64,000 nt of DNA from Schizochytrium sp. TIO01 (Eukaryota > Protista > Bigyra: Labyrinthulomycetes). The notes under the pieces were generated by a model. It did no database searches and was not told the DNA's origin. It worked only from the letters and a program-made list of their open reading frames with translations. Position numbers and translations under genes: made by a program. The DNA lies in NCBI GenBank assembly GCA_004764695.1, contig SMSO01000025.1, positions 4,938,862 through 5,002,861 on the forward strand, given 5' to 3'. The first letter of the stretch is position 1, and every line of letters begins with the position of its first letter. Of the stretch, positions 24,158-36,052 are shown one piece after another.

Positions 24158-26938
24158 ATGAGCAAGGGGGATCGAGGACAAACGCAGTACGTCGACGAGG
24201 ACGACGCGGAGTACGACAGAGAGTGGTTTGAAATGCTGGGACTTACACGCACCACGCAGGAAGAAGGGCTGGGTTTGTTGGAGGACGATGAATCGTGGCT
24301 TCAAACTGGCGTGAACAAGGATGACTTCGATTTGAATCAGGATAATTTGAATTCAAATGACCTGGGTGCAGGTATGTGGAATCTGGATAGTTCTTATTCA
24401 GACAAAGAGTTTGAAGAGCAAATCATGGCTCAGCGCACGGACGTGAACGAGTACGTAGAGGCTTCGGTGAGCAGCATGATGCTCAGAGTGGAAAAAGGCC
24501 GGTGGAGTGTGCAGAGTGTAAGCTACAATGAACCCATGAAAAAGGTCAGCTTAATGTTGACAGAGACAATTTCGGACTCACATCCGTACGATGACAAAAT
24601 GCTTTTGCAAGAAGACCGGGCGAGTAGCAACTTCATGAAGAACGTGGATGATATTTTCAAGGAACAGTCGGGATTACCTATCATGTGCAGTGCTAACATG
24701 GGGAATTTGGATGCCCTTCCGGAAGTTGAAGGTGAAACTCTTTCGACAGCCATTTCCCTCCTAAGTCTCCACGAAGTACCTGTGCTCCAACTCTCCGACG
24801 ATGAATTCAGGACTTGCATGTTTAATTTTAACGAAGCTGGTGCCGAAGACGGCTCCACAAATTTAAATCCTAGCGATTCAAATGACATTTACGGTTGCTA
24901 CCCTAGCACAAACCATCTTCCTACATCAAACAGCAAGGACCTGTTGATTTCTCTCCAAAGCTACGTAGGTGAAACCGATTCTGCTCCCTATTCCGAGAGT
25001 AGACTCAAGAAGTCCTTGTCGCAGCCCTCTCCTGGCATTGCATTATCGCGATGTGACGAGGATTCCAAAGGCCATTTTCAGAGCACGGAAAACCCACGCG
25101 TCGAGAAGCGCCCACTAGTGAATTCAATCCAAAATCCGGGGCCAACAAACACTTCTGTCATGACCATCAGTCCTTCCGCCAAGCGTGCCAAGCGGTATAA
25201 GCTTTCGAGTCATTCTCAGGAAATTTCTTTGATTGCTCCTGCAGAGCCCTCTGCGCAATCACACATTTCCTCAACAACTAAGACAGAAATTTCATCACGC
25301 CTTCCATCGCGCAGTTCGATCAACAAGAGACCTCGGGCTCCTTGGAGTTCTCCCCCCGATGGTTCTCCCTTTTCCAAAAAAGCAGGTCTCGGCCTTTGTT
25401 GCGATGGTGGCGTTATCAGTGGTGGTGCAGCTTTTCCTAGTTCTGATGAACTTCAGGATCTTCCAGCTCGTGGCAATTGTCTTGAAGTTCAAGCATGTAA
25501 TAATATTAAGGACCACAAAACGATCACGGCACAGCCACTCTCAGAAGCAGTTTTGGGGTTGCTGGCTTTGACGAGGCATGATTCTTCTTCCTCTAGTTCA
25601 CTTTCTTTTGATGTCAAGAGTGAGGACAATAGTACAAATGGTACCATTGGTAAGGGTATGTCTACCAAAGGCCAAGCCAATGTATCTCCCTTTTCTTCTC
25701 GTTGCACCAGCACTAGTAGTGATAGTGTTTCAAGCAAAAGTACTACTAATAGTACTATTGCGAGTATCGGTTGTCATACTACTGGCCATAGTAGTAGCAC
25801 TAGTTTTAGTGAAAGAATGAATATTGCAAGGAATGGTGCCTCTCCAGGCGCCATGAAATCGTATACTGCTACTATTACTGCTGGTGAGGGTGAGAAAACC
25901 ACTCTTTCTGGCGATAAATTTTCAATTAATAGGCCTAGTAGTGTGAGTAGTTTCAAGCCTTTCGAAGGAAGCCTCGGAGGTGAGGACAAGAAAAGTGCAA
26001 GGGCGGGGCTGCAACAACCCGAGGTCCTGGCGCGAAACGAGACTTGCGAAATTCCTCAAGCTGCAACGACATGGGCAGCTCGAAATAGTGACTCGGGATT
26101 GCGGTCCGCTGATGAGACAGATGGTTATCTTGTCCAACGAGATGCTGTGCTTAAATTTCAAGATAAATTTGACCAAGAAGAAAAAGACTTAGGCGGAGAT
26201 TCTGATCAAAGATTGAAAGAATCTGCTGCACCTGCTGAAGGAATTGACAAAGAGGAAGAGTTCCAACAGAAAGACTTCAACCTTGTACTTGCTGCCGCCC
26301 AAGTTGTCGCAGCTCTACAACATGATGAAAACAGAACAAACACTTCAAAGGCGGTCCGAGCAGACATTGACAACTGGCTGGAAGCCGAGGAACTTGAATG
26401 TCGTGGAGCCGTGGCTCCAACATCGTCAACGCCTGGAGCCACTGCTTTGATGGATATTAATCCTATCGTTTCTAGTGCCACTTTTACAACGAATAGTATT
26501 CTTTGTGTCGGAGATAATGCGCATGGTGGTTATAATCCTTTTCATAGCCATCTTACTGAAGCATCAGTAAATGAAAAAAAGATCGATAGTGGTGAGGCAC
26601 CAGGGCTCAATCAATTAATTTCTTATGCCGACACCGACGATAGGCTTTGTAACACTCGCGGAGCCGCCGCGGAGCGCAGGGAGCACACGGAGCGCGCGGT
26701 GATGGCCCCGGCTCTACACGGTCCACAGTCAGACCACCATCAAATCCATCTCTCCGAAGAAGAACACAACTTGGAACAGGAACGCGGATTATGCTCTCTG
26801 CGTACCTCTTCTCAGTATAAGAGGCGCCGAATTCTCAAGAAGGGGTCGCTGTCAGTGGAGACGCCCCGCAACGAGAATGCATCCGCAGTCCCTAACTCTG
26901 TTTCCCAATCTCATGCTTCATATCGCTTTATCATATAA
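24158..26938 (+). CDS. Hypothetical, largely disordered Ser-rich protein
   Basis: 926-codon uninterrupted ORF beginning at ATG; no recognisable domain. Confidence 0.6.
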   Translation: MSKGDRGQTQYVDEDDAEYDREWFEMLGLTRTTQEEGLGLLEDDESWLQTGVNKDDFDLNQDNLNSNDLGAGMWNLDSSYSDKEFEEQIMAQRTDVNEYVEASVSSMMLRVEKGRWSVQSVSYNEPMKKVSLMLTETISDSHPYDDKMLLQEDRASSNFMKNVDDIFKEQSGLPIMCSANMGNLDALPEVEGETLSTAISLLSLHEVPVLQLSDDEFRTCMFNFNEAGAEDGSTNLNPSDSNDIYGCYPSTNHLPTSNSKDLLISLQSYVGETDSAPYSESRLKKSLSQPSPGIALSRCDEDSKGHFQSTENPRVEKRPLVNSIQNPGPTNTSVMTISPSAKRAKRYKLSSHSQEISLIAPAEPSAQSHISSTTKTEISSRLPSRSSINKRPRAPWSSPPDGSPFSKKAGLGLCCDGGVISGGAAFPSSDELQDLPARGNCLEVQACNNIKDHKTITAQPLSEAVLGLLALTRHDSSSSSSLSFDVKSEDNSTNGTIGKGMSTKGQANVSPFSSRCTSTSSDSVSSKSTTNSTIASIGCHTTGHSSSTSFSERMNIARNGASPGAMKSYTATITAGEGEKTTLSGDKFSINRPSSVSSFKPFEGSLGGEDKKSARAGLQQPEVLARNETCEIPQAATTWAARNSDSGLRSADETDGYLVQRDAVLKFQDKFDQEEKDLGGDSDQRLKESAAPAEGIDKEEEFQQKDFNLVLAAAQVVAALQHDENRTNTSKAVRADIDNWLEAEELECRGAVAPTSSTPGATALMDINPIVSSATFTTNSILCVGDNAHGGYNPFHSHLTEASVNEKKIDSGEAPGLNQLISYADTDDRLCNTRGAAAERREHTERAVMAPALHGPQSDHHQIHLSEEEHNLEQERGLCSLRTSSQYKRRRILKKGSLSVETPRNENASAVPNSVSQSHASYRFII

Positions 26939-27737
26939 AAGAAATTAAGTTCCTCCGACACTGCCTCTTAGTAGTCTCAATTGTATCAGGTGAGCTAACT
27001 TCAACATCAGATACAAATTGTTGGTACCATGTACTCTTAACTAATCAAACTAAAATTGAAACTTATAGTCTCGGATAAACTATTTTAATATAGAAATGTT
27101 ATATTTTACAGAGAGGGGTTTCAAGATATTAGAAAAATGTATATAGTTGGATTGTGAGTGAAAAAGTTTCCCTAAAACACAGTGTGATAGGTGGTAGTGA
27201 CAGTGATGGGGCTCTGCTGACCGTCCATTCCTTTCCTGCAATAGGATGTTGGTATTCTTGACTTCTAGTAAAGTCGATCAAGTAGACTATTTCAACCTAT
27301 ACTATGGAGTTTCCCAAATTGTCAATCTAAGCTTCTTTCATATCGTCTGTTCAATCGGCGAATCCTTTGGAATATTAATTATCCTCTGCTCTCCTCGGAG
27401 TTGTTTTTAAGAAATTGTGTGAATATCCCCTTAAAAGAGGTATCGTGGAGTTATTTCTTTTATCTTCTTTTCCTTTCTATTTCTTCAGTTTCCATTCTAG
27501 CATTTCACATAGAGTCGCTGTAGAGCGAATCCTTTTGAAATCAATTTTTCATTTCTCTCCATTAACGCTATTATGCTTAGGACCACCCTAGCGAGTCCAT
27601 AGCAAGTCATCCTTCTTTTCAGAAAAAGCAAAAAATCGCAAAGCTAGGAGAAAATACACAGCGACTAAATCCCTAGGTCCGCATAGGCGTGTTCTATTGG
27701 GGTGCTCTTCCTTCCTTTCTGCTCTCGCTGCCAACAA

Positions 27738-28215
27738 CTCTCTCTCTCTCTCTCTCTCTCTCTTCGAGCTATGCTGTCTGTCTGTCTGTCTGTCTGTCTA
27801 TCCATCCATCAATCAGCCTCCCTCTGTTTGCACCTAAGCCCCATCAGGCCTCTTTGTGCCTGTCTCTCTCTCTCTCTCTCTCTGTCTGTCCATCTGTGAC
27901 TGTATGTGTATCTTCCATTCGATGGATATTCCGAATGAGATGATGATAACAAATCATAACCAAATCACTACGGAGACTACTAAGCATTGATTCCTCTTCT
28001 TCGCTTCTCTCTCCTTCCTTCTTCCTCTTTTTCTTTCTTTCCTTCTCTTTCTCTTTCTTTCTCTTTTTCTTTCTTTCTTTTTCTTTCTTTTCTTTTTCTT
28101 ATCTTCTTATTCTCTTGTTTTCTTTCTTTCTCGTTTCTCGTTAGCGCAGGCCTATCTGTATCCCCTATCTGGCCTAGGCCCCCTCCGCCCAGCATTCCTT
28201 TCTTTCTCTCTCTTT
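27738..28215. repeat. Compound (CT)n, (CTGT)n and polypyrimidine tract
   Basis: Directly visible simple repeats and a long T/C-rich tract. Confidence 0.85.
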
Positions 28216-29059
28216 CGCCTCCACTCATTCACGCCCTTTCTTCTCCAGCAGACCCCTTTGGCGATATTGTCGAGGTAGGTGCTTCATCATCATCCGAGGG
28301 CGACGCGCGGAGGCGGGCGGGGCGGGCGGCCAGGCGCTGCTCGGGCGCAGGCACTACGCTGCACGCACATCTAGACCTGCAGCGGCGGGCTGCAGTCCGC
28401 GGTCTACAGGACAGGTGCGGCAGCATGGAGCTCATTCCCGCTCGCATGTGGCCAGTCTGCCAACCAACCAACCACCTTCTCTCCTCTCTCATACATAGAC
28501 ATACATGGCGAGGCCAATGCACATGCGTGCGGAAGGCCGAGGGCAGGAGGGAAGCGGATAGCGAGGAGCAGACAGGACACCGCGAGGAGTAGCGGCAGCC
28601 GTGTATCATCCATCACCTGGGAAGTGGAGCAGAGACCAGATTCGATTGAACCATTGGTTAAAAGAGAAGTTTTCTTTTTCTTTTCTGCTTGCTGTATCCA
28701 TCTGGCTAAGGCTCTGCTACCCAGTTGACTAGGAGTACATGGATTTCTCTACTTTCTCTGGGAGACTATCTTTCCGTTTGCTTCTTTGGAGTGGTCTTTC
28801 TGCCTCTTCTCTCCCCGAATGCCCAATAGGCTCAAACGTATGCAAACAAACATGTCATGGTGGAGACGAGGAGGAAGGGAGAGAACACTCGCCTTGCGCG
28901 CCCATTTTTGTTTGAAGGTTTTGATTTGAAGAATGGTCAACTAACTGTATACTTTGTGAACAAATTGCGTCTTTGATATTGATAACAACAGGGATTTTGT
29001 ACCGGAACCGCAGCGGATTTAGTAGTTGAGCCCCTCGGCTCTACAAATCGCAAAGCAAG

Positions 29060-31660
29060 ATGGTGAACTTTACGATCGACCAGTTGCGGGAGATGATGAA
29101 CTACCCCGACAACATCCGCTCCATGAGTGTCATTGCCCACGTCGATCACGGCAAGTCCACTCTTACCGACTCCCTTGTGTCCAAGGCCGGTATTATTGCC
29201 GCCAAGAACGCCGGTGATGCTCGTTTCACTGATACCCGTGAGGATGAGCAGGAGCGTGGTGTGACCATCAAGTCCACCGGTATCTCCATGTTCTTCAAGT
29301 ACGACAAGGAGAAGTACTGGACTGACGATGCTGGCAAGGTCGTCGAGGGTGAGGCCACCGTCGGTGCTGAGGGTGGTGAGAAGAACTCTTACATGATCAA
29401 CCTCATCGACTCCCCCGGCCACGTCGATTTCTCCTCCGAGGTGACCGCCGCTCTCCGTATCACTGATGGTGCCCTCGTCGTTGTTGACTGTATCGAGGGT
29501 GTCTGTGTGCAGACCGAGACCGTGCTCCGTCAGGCTATGGCTGAGCGCATCAAGCCCGTCCTCATGGTCAACAAGCTTGACCGTGCCTTCCTTGAGCTCA
29601 AGATGGACCCCGAAGAGGCTTACCAGAACTTCCGTAAGGCCGTCGAGTCCGTCAACGTCGTCATCGCCCCCTACGAGAGCGAGGACCCCGTTGCCGAGTA
29701 CAAGGCCGGTGGTCTTGGCCCCGTCCAGGTCGACCCTGCTGAGGGTACCGTCGCCTTCGGTTCTGGTCTCCAGCAGTGGGGTTTCACCCTCAAGAAGTTC
29801 GCCGTCATGTACGCCGACAAGTTCGGTGTCAAGCCGGAGGACATGATGCGCCGTCTCTGGGGTGACAACTTCCTTGACTCCGCCTCCAAGAAGTGGAAGA
29901 AGGGTAACGCCCACGGCAACCTCAACGCCGGCCTCAAGCGTGCCTTCGTTCAGTTCATCCTCGAGCCTATCCAGCAGCTCTGCCAGGCCATCATGGACGA
30001 GAAGGACAAGAAGGTCCAGAAGATGCTCAAGGCTCTTGACATCCAGCTCAAGAAGGACCAGCTTGAGCTCAAGGGTAAGCCCCTCATCAAGCCCGTCATG
30101 CAGAAGTGGCTCCCCGCCGCTGATGCCATCCTCGAGATGATGGTCATGCACCTTCCCTCCCCCCGCCGTGCCCAGTCCTACCGTGTGGACGTCCTCTACG
30201 ACGGTCCCCTCGACGACGAGGGTGCCCAGGCCATCCGCCAGTGTAACCGTGAGTCCCCCCTCATGATGTTCGTTTCCAAGATGGTTCCCACCTCCGACAA
30301 GGGTCGCTTCTACGCCTTCGGTCGTGTCTTCGCCGGTACCATCTCTACTGGCCAGAAGGTCCGCATCTACGGCCCCAACTACGAGGTTGGCAAGAAGAAG
30401 GACCTCTACCTCAAGAGCATCCAGCGTACCCTCATCCAGATGGGTCGCTACGTCGAGCAGGTCGCCGATGTGCCCGCCGGTAACAACGCCTGCCTCGTCG
30501 GTGTCGATCAGTACCTTCTTAAGACCGGTACCATCACCACCATTGAGTCTGCCCACTCTTTCCGTCAGATGAAGTACTCCGTGTCCCCCGTCGTGCGTGT
30601 CGCCGTCGATGTCAAGAACCCCCAGGATCTTCCCAAGCTCGTTGAGGGTCTCAAGCGTCTCGCCAAGTCTGACCCCCTCGTTCTCTGCCAGACTGAGGAG
30701 TCCGGTGAGCACATCGTTGCCGGTGCCGGTGAGTTGCACCTCGAGATTTGCCTTAAGGATCTTGCCGATGACTTCATGGGTGGTGCCCCCATCAAGATCT
30801 CTGACCCCGTCGTCTCGTACCGTGAGACCGTCACTGAGGAGTCCTCCATGGTCTGCTTGTCCAAGTCCGTGAACAAGCACAACCGTCTCTTCTGTAAGGC
30901 TATGCCGATGCCCGAGGGTGTCGATGTCGCCATTGAGGAGGGCAAGGTTGGCCCCCGTGACGAGTTCAAGGCTCGTGCCCGCATCCTCGCCGACGACTTC
31001 GGCCTCGATGTTGGTGAGATGCGTAAGATCTGGGCCTTCGGCCCTGAGGGCACTGGCCCCAACCTTCTCGTCGACGCCACCAAGGGTGTCCAGTACCTTA
31101 ACGAGATCAAGGACCACTGTAACTCCGGCTTCCAGTGGGCCACCAAGGAGGGCCCCATGTGTGACGAGGTCTGCCGTGGTGTTATCATGCGTGTTCTCGA
31201 TGTCACCCTCCACGCTGATGCCATTCACCGTGGTGCCGGTCAGATCCTCCCCACCATGCGCCGCGTGACCTACGCTTCCATCCTCACTGCCTCCCCCACT
31301 CTCCTCGAGCCCATCTACCTTGCCGATATCTCCTGCCCCCAGGACTCCACCGGTGGTATCTACGGTGTTCTCACCACCCGCCGCGGCCACGTGTTCGCTG
31401 AGGAGGTCCGCCACGGATCCCCCATCGTCCAGCTTAAGGCTTACCTTCCCGTCTCCGAGTCCTTCGGTTTCACCGGCGCTCTCCGTGCCGCCACCGGTGG
31501 TAAGGCCTTCCCCCAGAACTCCTTCTCCCACTGGCAGGCTCTTAACACTGACCCTCTCACCGCTGGCACCAAGGCCAACGAGATTGTCCTCGGCATCCGC
31601 GAGCGCAAGGGTCTTAAGGACGCCATCCCGACTTACGACAAGTTCTACGACAAGCTCTAA
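29060..31660 (+). CDS. EEF2: Eukaryotic translation elongation factor 2
   Basis: MVNFTIDQ start, [36 protein letters not shown] and the diphthamide loop [12 protein letters not shown]. Extreme C/T-ending codon bias. Confidence 0.99.
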   Translation: MVNFTIDQLREMMNYPDNIRSMSVIAHVDHGKSTLTDSLVSKAGIIAAKNAGDARFTDTREDEQERGVTIKSTGISMFFKYDKEKYWTDDAGKVVEGEATVGAEGGEKNSYMINLIDSPGHVDFSSEVTAALRITDGALVVVDCIEGVCVQTETVLRQAMAERIKPVLMVNKLDRAFLELKMDPEEAYQNFRKAVESVNVVIAPYESEDPVAEYKAGGLGPVQVDPAEGTVAFGSGLQQWGFTLKKFAVMYADKFGVKPEDMMRRLWGDNFLDSASKKWKKGNAHGNLNAGLKRAFVQFILEPIQQLCQAIMDEKDKKVQKMLKALDIQLKKDQLELKGKPLIKPVMQKWLPAADAILEMMVMHLPSPRRAQSYRVDVLYDGPLDDEGAQAIRQCNRESPLMMFVSKMVPTSDKGRFYAFGRVFAGTISTGQKVRIYGPNYEVGKKKDLYLKSIQRTLIQMGRYVEQVADVPAGNNACLVGVDQYLLKTGTITTIESAHSFRQMKYSVSPVVRVAVDVKNPQDLPKLVEGLKRLAKSDPLVLCQTEESGEHIVAGAGELHLEICLKDLADDFMGGAPIKISDPVVSYRETVTEESSMVCLSKSVNKHNRLFCKAMPMPEGVDVAIEEGKVGPRDEFKARARILADDFGLDVGEMRKIWAFGPEGTGPNLLVDATKGVQYLNEIKDHCNSGFQWATKEGPMCDEVCRGVIMRVLDVTLHADAIHRGAGQILPTMRRVTYASILTASPTLLEPIYLADISCPQDSTGGIYGVLTTRRGHVFAEEVRHGSPIVQLKAYLPVSESFGFTGALRAATGGKAFPQNSFSHWQALNTDPLTAGTKANEIVLGIRERKGLKDAIPTYDKFYDKL

Positions 31661-33038
31661 GTGCATACCTTTTACTAAACCTTTTAAGAGCATACGCTAT
31701 CAAAACTGAGATAAAATTTGCTGTCTTGCTGTTCCGTTGTTTGTTTTGCGATTACCAATTTATTGATTGCAGTATGAGATTAGTTCCTTCTTTGATCGTC
31801 AAAAGTAGCAAGTGATTTTCATGTGGTTTTTGCTGAAAATGGCCTTAAGATTCCGGTCCGAATGCAAAGCTTGGAAGAATCACGCATCCTTCTTACGGAA
31901 GGCTTCGCAAATATGTCACTCAGTTTACGATTTTTTTCTTCCTGGTTAGATTTAAGTGAAGTTGAGGCACTTAGAGCCAATGTAGACTTCTTCGATATTT
32001 TGAGAATCTTTTTTGTTTGGCTGGTTTTCGGATAACAGAAAATAACGCTGGTCGAATTAAAAGGTCTCTCCATTTATATTAATAAGGTGGATTATAAATT
32101 TTTGTGTATAGATTTAGAAAAGTAAAAACGAAGAAAAGTTATTGTATGGAAGATTAGATATAGTTTGAAATCCCGTTTTTCGATGGCAACCGGTGCCGCG
32201 CTTGTGTTTAGCATTTTTTTATTTCTCAAAATCTTCTTAGTTAAAGAAATGAAATGAAATGAAAAACAGCTAACTTGAAGAACTATTTGCGAATGTAGAG
32301 AGATTCAGGTAGATTTATATATAAGTAATCGAAGAGATGCATCATTTAATGTTTACTTTCATCTTTAAAATGAAATTTCAAATGAAGTTTAGGACTTTTA
32401 TCTCATGTTAATATTTACAATCAACTGCTAGAGTGGGAGTGGACTTTGAATTTAAGCTAAGATCAATGGATCATTTTACAAAAAGCGTCTTTCTTGTAAA
32501 AGCTAAAGAAACACGATTTGCATAGCTTGGTGGCTTCCTGAGTGAAAATTAAAGATGAAATGAATCGAGCATGACATGATCTTGCTACTGATCTTGTGAG
32601 TCTACTTTAGAGTAAAGCAAAATTCTATTCTTCTGAAGTGGTTAAAGGCTGCTCAAACTTGTTTATTTATCTACTCTTGACCATGCAGCACTGCGAGTAA
32701 TAGAAAATTGAAGGATGCATGAGGTAGCATAATGTATTGTAAACATGTTAGTTTTGAACCTTTTCCATCGATGTAGCGTGATTAGATCTTCCTGTTCATT
32801 AGCGCATATGTGGAAAATGGCTCTTTTGTGACGTTTAGGGACAAATATCACGTTTTAAAAAAAATTTTAATCTTTTGAAAGAAGGTCCACAGAAGGTTGG
32901 AGCAGCAAGCGTCGCTTGCAGGACCAATTCGCTGTTTTCGCGCTAGATTTGTATTGGCGTGCGAGGTTAGGTGCTCGCTCCAACTGCTGCGCTAGCCTGC
33001 CTTCTCTTCTTTTCACGTATCTCAGGTCTCGGCTACCA

Positions 33039-34055
33039 ATGGATTCTACAATAGATTGCTCCACATGGAGTAGCAACGAGTGCGCTTGCTACGCGGCTGA
33101 TCTTGGGCGTTCTTGCAGCTACTGCTCTGCGTCTTCTCGTTGTATGGACGTGTCTGAGGTGGATGAGAACTGTGTGACTTCCCCTTCTGCGCGTCGTGAC
33201 CACGCATCGGATTGTGGTAGTCAAGACCAAGACACCAATTTGGTGAGCTCGCCGAGTGAAATAGTAAGCTCTTTGCCAAGTATCACATGGTATGGGGAAT
33301 CAATCTCATTCGATTTAGGCACTGTTTTTGCAGTTGATTATATTTCTGTTGATCTTGTTCAAGGCGCTTTCGACGACTCTGTTCCTGGCGTGAAGATCAG
33401 CGACCTCTGGCCAAGCACCTCAAGCAACGAAAACGTGATGAACCAGACTTGTAGTGACGTAGGGACCTGTACGTGGAAGCTGACAATGCCGGTGTTGCAA
33501 AACCTTACGCTAAGCTCGGCTCAGGAAGGTACAAGCATGCGGTTGCAGTCTTTAATGGTTCACTTGGCTTCTTATGATCCCGTAGATGGTGGACTTGGCT
33601 ACACTGACGTTTGGTCAGAGTGCTCCTCAACTTGTGGAAATGGGACTCAATATCGTCCAAGCAGCTGCTCCTCTCCAGAGCCTGCGTACGGTGGTCTGCC
33701 ATGTTTCGAGCCTGATACAGAGACTGTCATGGTAGCTGGCAATATCTCGCGAACTTGCTACGAGTCATGGAACTGTGGCACGGATTGGCGTGTGGTTCTT
33801 ATCGTGGGCTGGTGGCAGTTTCTTTTAATAATTGTCTTTGTCTCGCGGAAGCTATTGCAGTGCATTCGTAGTAGGCGTCGTGATAAGCTTGACGCAGCAA
33901 AGCTACGCCGACGCAGGTTTTCATCTGATTTTGACGATATGGGGGATGCTATTCATGCAAGTGGAGACTCAAGCGGGGATGAAATTTCTGACACTTCAGA
34001 ACTTTCACAGAGATTGAATGTTTCGCGTTCCTCTGAAAATCTGACGTTAGCTTGA
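33039..34055 (+). CDS. Single-pass membrane protein with Cys-rich N-terminus and a thrombospondin type-1 (TSP1) repeat
   Basis: VDGG...WSECSSTCGNGTQYR..SCSSPEPAYGGLPC is a TSP1 repeat. Hydrophobic WRVVLIVGWWQFLLIIVFVS is followed by basic residues. First ATG at 33039; the 5' end is uncertain. Confidence 0.75.
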   Translation: MDSTIDCSTWSSNECACYAADLGRSCSYCSASSRCMDVSEVDENCVTSPSARRDHASDCGSQDQDTNLVSSPSEIVSSLPSITWYGESISFDLGTVFAVDYISVDLVQGAFDDSVPGVKISDLWPSTSSNENVMNQTCSDVGTCTWKLTMPVLQNLTLSSAQEGTSMRLQSLMVHLASYDPVDGGLGYTDVWSECSSTCGNGTQYRPSSCSSPEPAYGGLPCFEPDTETVMVAGNISRTCYESWNCGTDWRVVLIVGWWQFLLIIVFVSRKLLQCIRSRRRDKLDAAKLRRRRFSSDFDDMGDAIHASGDSSGDEISDTSELSQRLNVSRSSENLTLA

Positions 34056-35020
34056 GAAGCACAATTATGAATATCCCACTATATGGAACAAATACTCAAT
34101 TTTGCTCGATATACAGGCGTGATGCTCTTTCTTATCATCTCTGCCATAATTGCAGTATAGCTAGTGAATTCAAACAGGGGTCGATTTTGTGTTAACCTTG
34201 GCTCTGCAAATGTGCTGTATTTTCTGTTGGTTTGGTTGTGTGAAGTTGTATCTCTGTAACGGGATTCAACGGAGTCACTACTACTGATATGTCTACATGT
34301 CCATCAGACAGCAAGTCAAGTCAAGTCAAGTCGAGTCAAGCCAAGCCAAATCAAATAAGTAGCAAGTTTTTACGGGGTAATAGATGTAGCTTATAGCGGG
34401 CTGAGGCACTGGTGCTCAATAATTACATCAAGTCTTAGCGTATCTGATGCTTAAACTAATCGCAAGTGGCTAGCGATCATCCATAGTGAAAGGGTGTGTG
34501 TAACTTGAGAACCTCAACGCAAGCAAATTTACTTTGAAATCTTTACAGTTCCATGCGCGACAATTAGTATGGGTATTCCAAGGTGAGGATTTTTATTCAG
34601 ATTTATGAAAAGAAAGAAAAGAAAAAGAGTATGCCCGAGAAGGGGATGAAGGCTGTCGTTACTTGTACCTCGCAATCAAGAGGGAGTACCTGAAGGATGA
34701 GCACTACGTGTTTACGTGACGGTTGCCCTTTCAATTGACTTGCGAAACCAACAAAGAGTAAGCACGCTTAAGAAAAAAGAAAAGAAAAGACAAGGACTTC
34801 AGCCGCCGCAGCAAATCGTTTAGCAGGGCGATCTCTAGCAATAATGCTGCAAGTATGAGAAGATATAGGGTACTTAGACGATGAACTAGTGGATGGCATT
34901 TTTTTGAATCAATAGACCAACGATTGGGCTGGAATGTGTTGGACTTTGTTGATCAATCAATTGACAGATAGATAGGATGATTTAGAAATTGGGACATTTA
35001 GAATATGTATTGTGATTTTA

Positions 35021-35707
35021 TCATTTCTTTTTGGCCTTTTGTTCTTGAGCGACAGCACGCATCAATGAGCGCTTACCGATGATGTTGCAGATCATAATAT
35101 CCTGTTGGTTTCTTGGGATCTTTTGGGCGAGCTGGACGCAGTTCGGGACCTCAAGATCCTTGTACCAAAGACGCTGGCCAACGTCGAGGTTGCGGAGAGA
35201 GGCCTCGAGGGCGTGCGGGATCTCCTCTCCGGAGATCTTCATGCGAAGGGAACGGGTGACCTCGTTCAAGAATCCTCCACGCTTGATACCTGGGCAGATC
35301 TCTTCATCGGTAAAGTCGATGGGCATAAGCACTTCGCTGCCAACCTCAGGGTCATAGCGAGCGAAGTTAAGCGAGGCAATCTGGCGCGTGACATTGCCAA
35401 TTTTGACGCCGCGGGGGAGCACGAGCTCTGTGGATCCATCCTCGTGCTCGAGCTTGTACAGAGTAGATTCCAAACTCAGACCACGTCGTCCGAGCTCCTT
35501 TTCTACTTCGACATAGGGTGTCATAATGATTAGTTGCTCTGTCTTGCCGCCAACGCCTCGGCCCTGCACGGTGGCGGGAACAAATCCATCATGGCGCATC
35601 TGAGCGGCAACATACTTGCCCGTCGTGCTCACCCACTGTGAATATCTATCGCGAGTGAAGGCCTTGAGCGTGCGCGCCGTGGCCACAGACGACCATAATG
35701 GGTTCAT
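35021..35707 (-). CDS. Bacterial-type ribosomal protein bL25 (L25/TL5/CTC, two-domain), probably mitochondrial
   Basis: GK.VAAQMRHDGFVPATVQG (L25 domain) and CPGIKRGGFLN...IPHALEASLRNLDVGQRL..KDL (TL5 C-terminal domain). Confidence 0.85.
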   Translation of the reverse strand: MNPLWSSVATARTLKAFTRDRYSQWVSTTGKYVAAQMRHDGFVPATVQGRGVGGKTEQLIIMTPYVEVEKELGRRGLSLESTLYKLEHEDGSTELVLPRGVKIGNVTRQIASLNFARYDPEVGSEVLMPIDFTDEEICPGIKRGGFLNEVTRSLRMKISGEEIPHALEASLRNLDVGQRLWYKDLEVPNCVQLAQKIPRNQQDIMICNIIGKRSLMRAVAQEQKAKKK

Positions 35708-35716
35708 CCTGATGCC

Positions 35717-36052
35717 CCTGCCTGCCTGCCTGCCTGCGTGCCCAACTGCCTGCCTGCCTGCCTGCCTGCTTGCTTGTCTGACCCTCCTCTTCTACCAGAC
35801 CACCTTCCTCTCAACACACGCTGCTTTCGATCTTTCCTTCCCAAGAAGGAGGTCTCGACGCAGCTGTTTCGACGGAGTGCTCTCTCCTCGTGGTGCTGCT
35901 GCTGCTGCTGCCTCCCTCCTCTTCTCCTTATCTCCTTCTCCTTACTTATCACTAAATAACTAACTACTATACATACATACATACATACATACATACATAC
36001 ATACATACATACATACATACATACCTACCTACCTACCTACCTACCTACCTAC
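35717..36052. repeat. Microsatellite cluster (CCTG)n, (GCT)n, (ATAC)n, (CTAC)n upstream of bL25
   Basis: Directly visible tetranucleotide and trinucleotide runs. Confidence 0.9.

Noticed and set aside
23747-24304. 185-aa minus-strand ORF and similar ORFs in purine-rich leaders (e.g. 11866-12288)
   Set aside because: They are antisense to A/G-rich 5' leaders, so their hydrophobic appearance is a compositional artefact.
27935-27995. Possible box C/D snoRNA (ATGATGA)
   Set aside because: No proper CTGA box D, terminal stem or recognisable rRNA complementarity.
27987-28609. ORFs of 126-201 aa upstream of eEF2
   Set aside because: They arise from polypyrimidine and GC-rich sequence, and have no domain or supporting codon bias.
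28937-31693. 918-aa antisense ORF over eEF2
   Set aside because: It is a codon-for-codon shadow of a highly biased gene that avoids TTA/CTA/TCA codons, so the reverse frame lacks stops. It has no motifs of its own.
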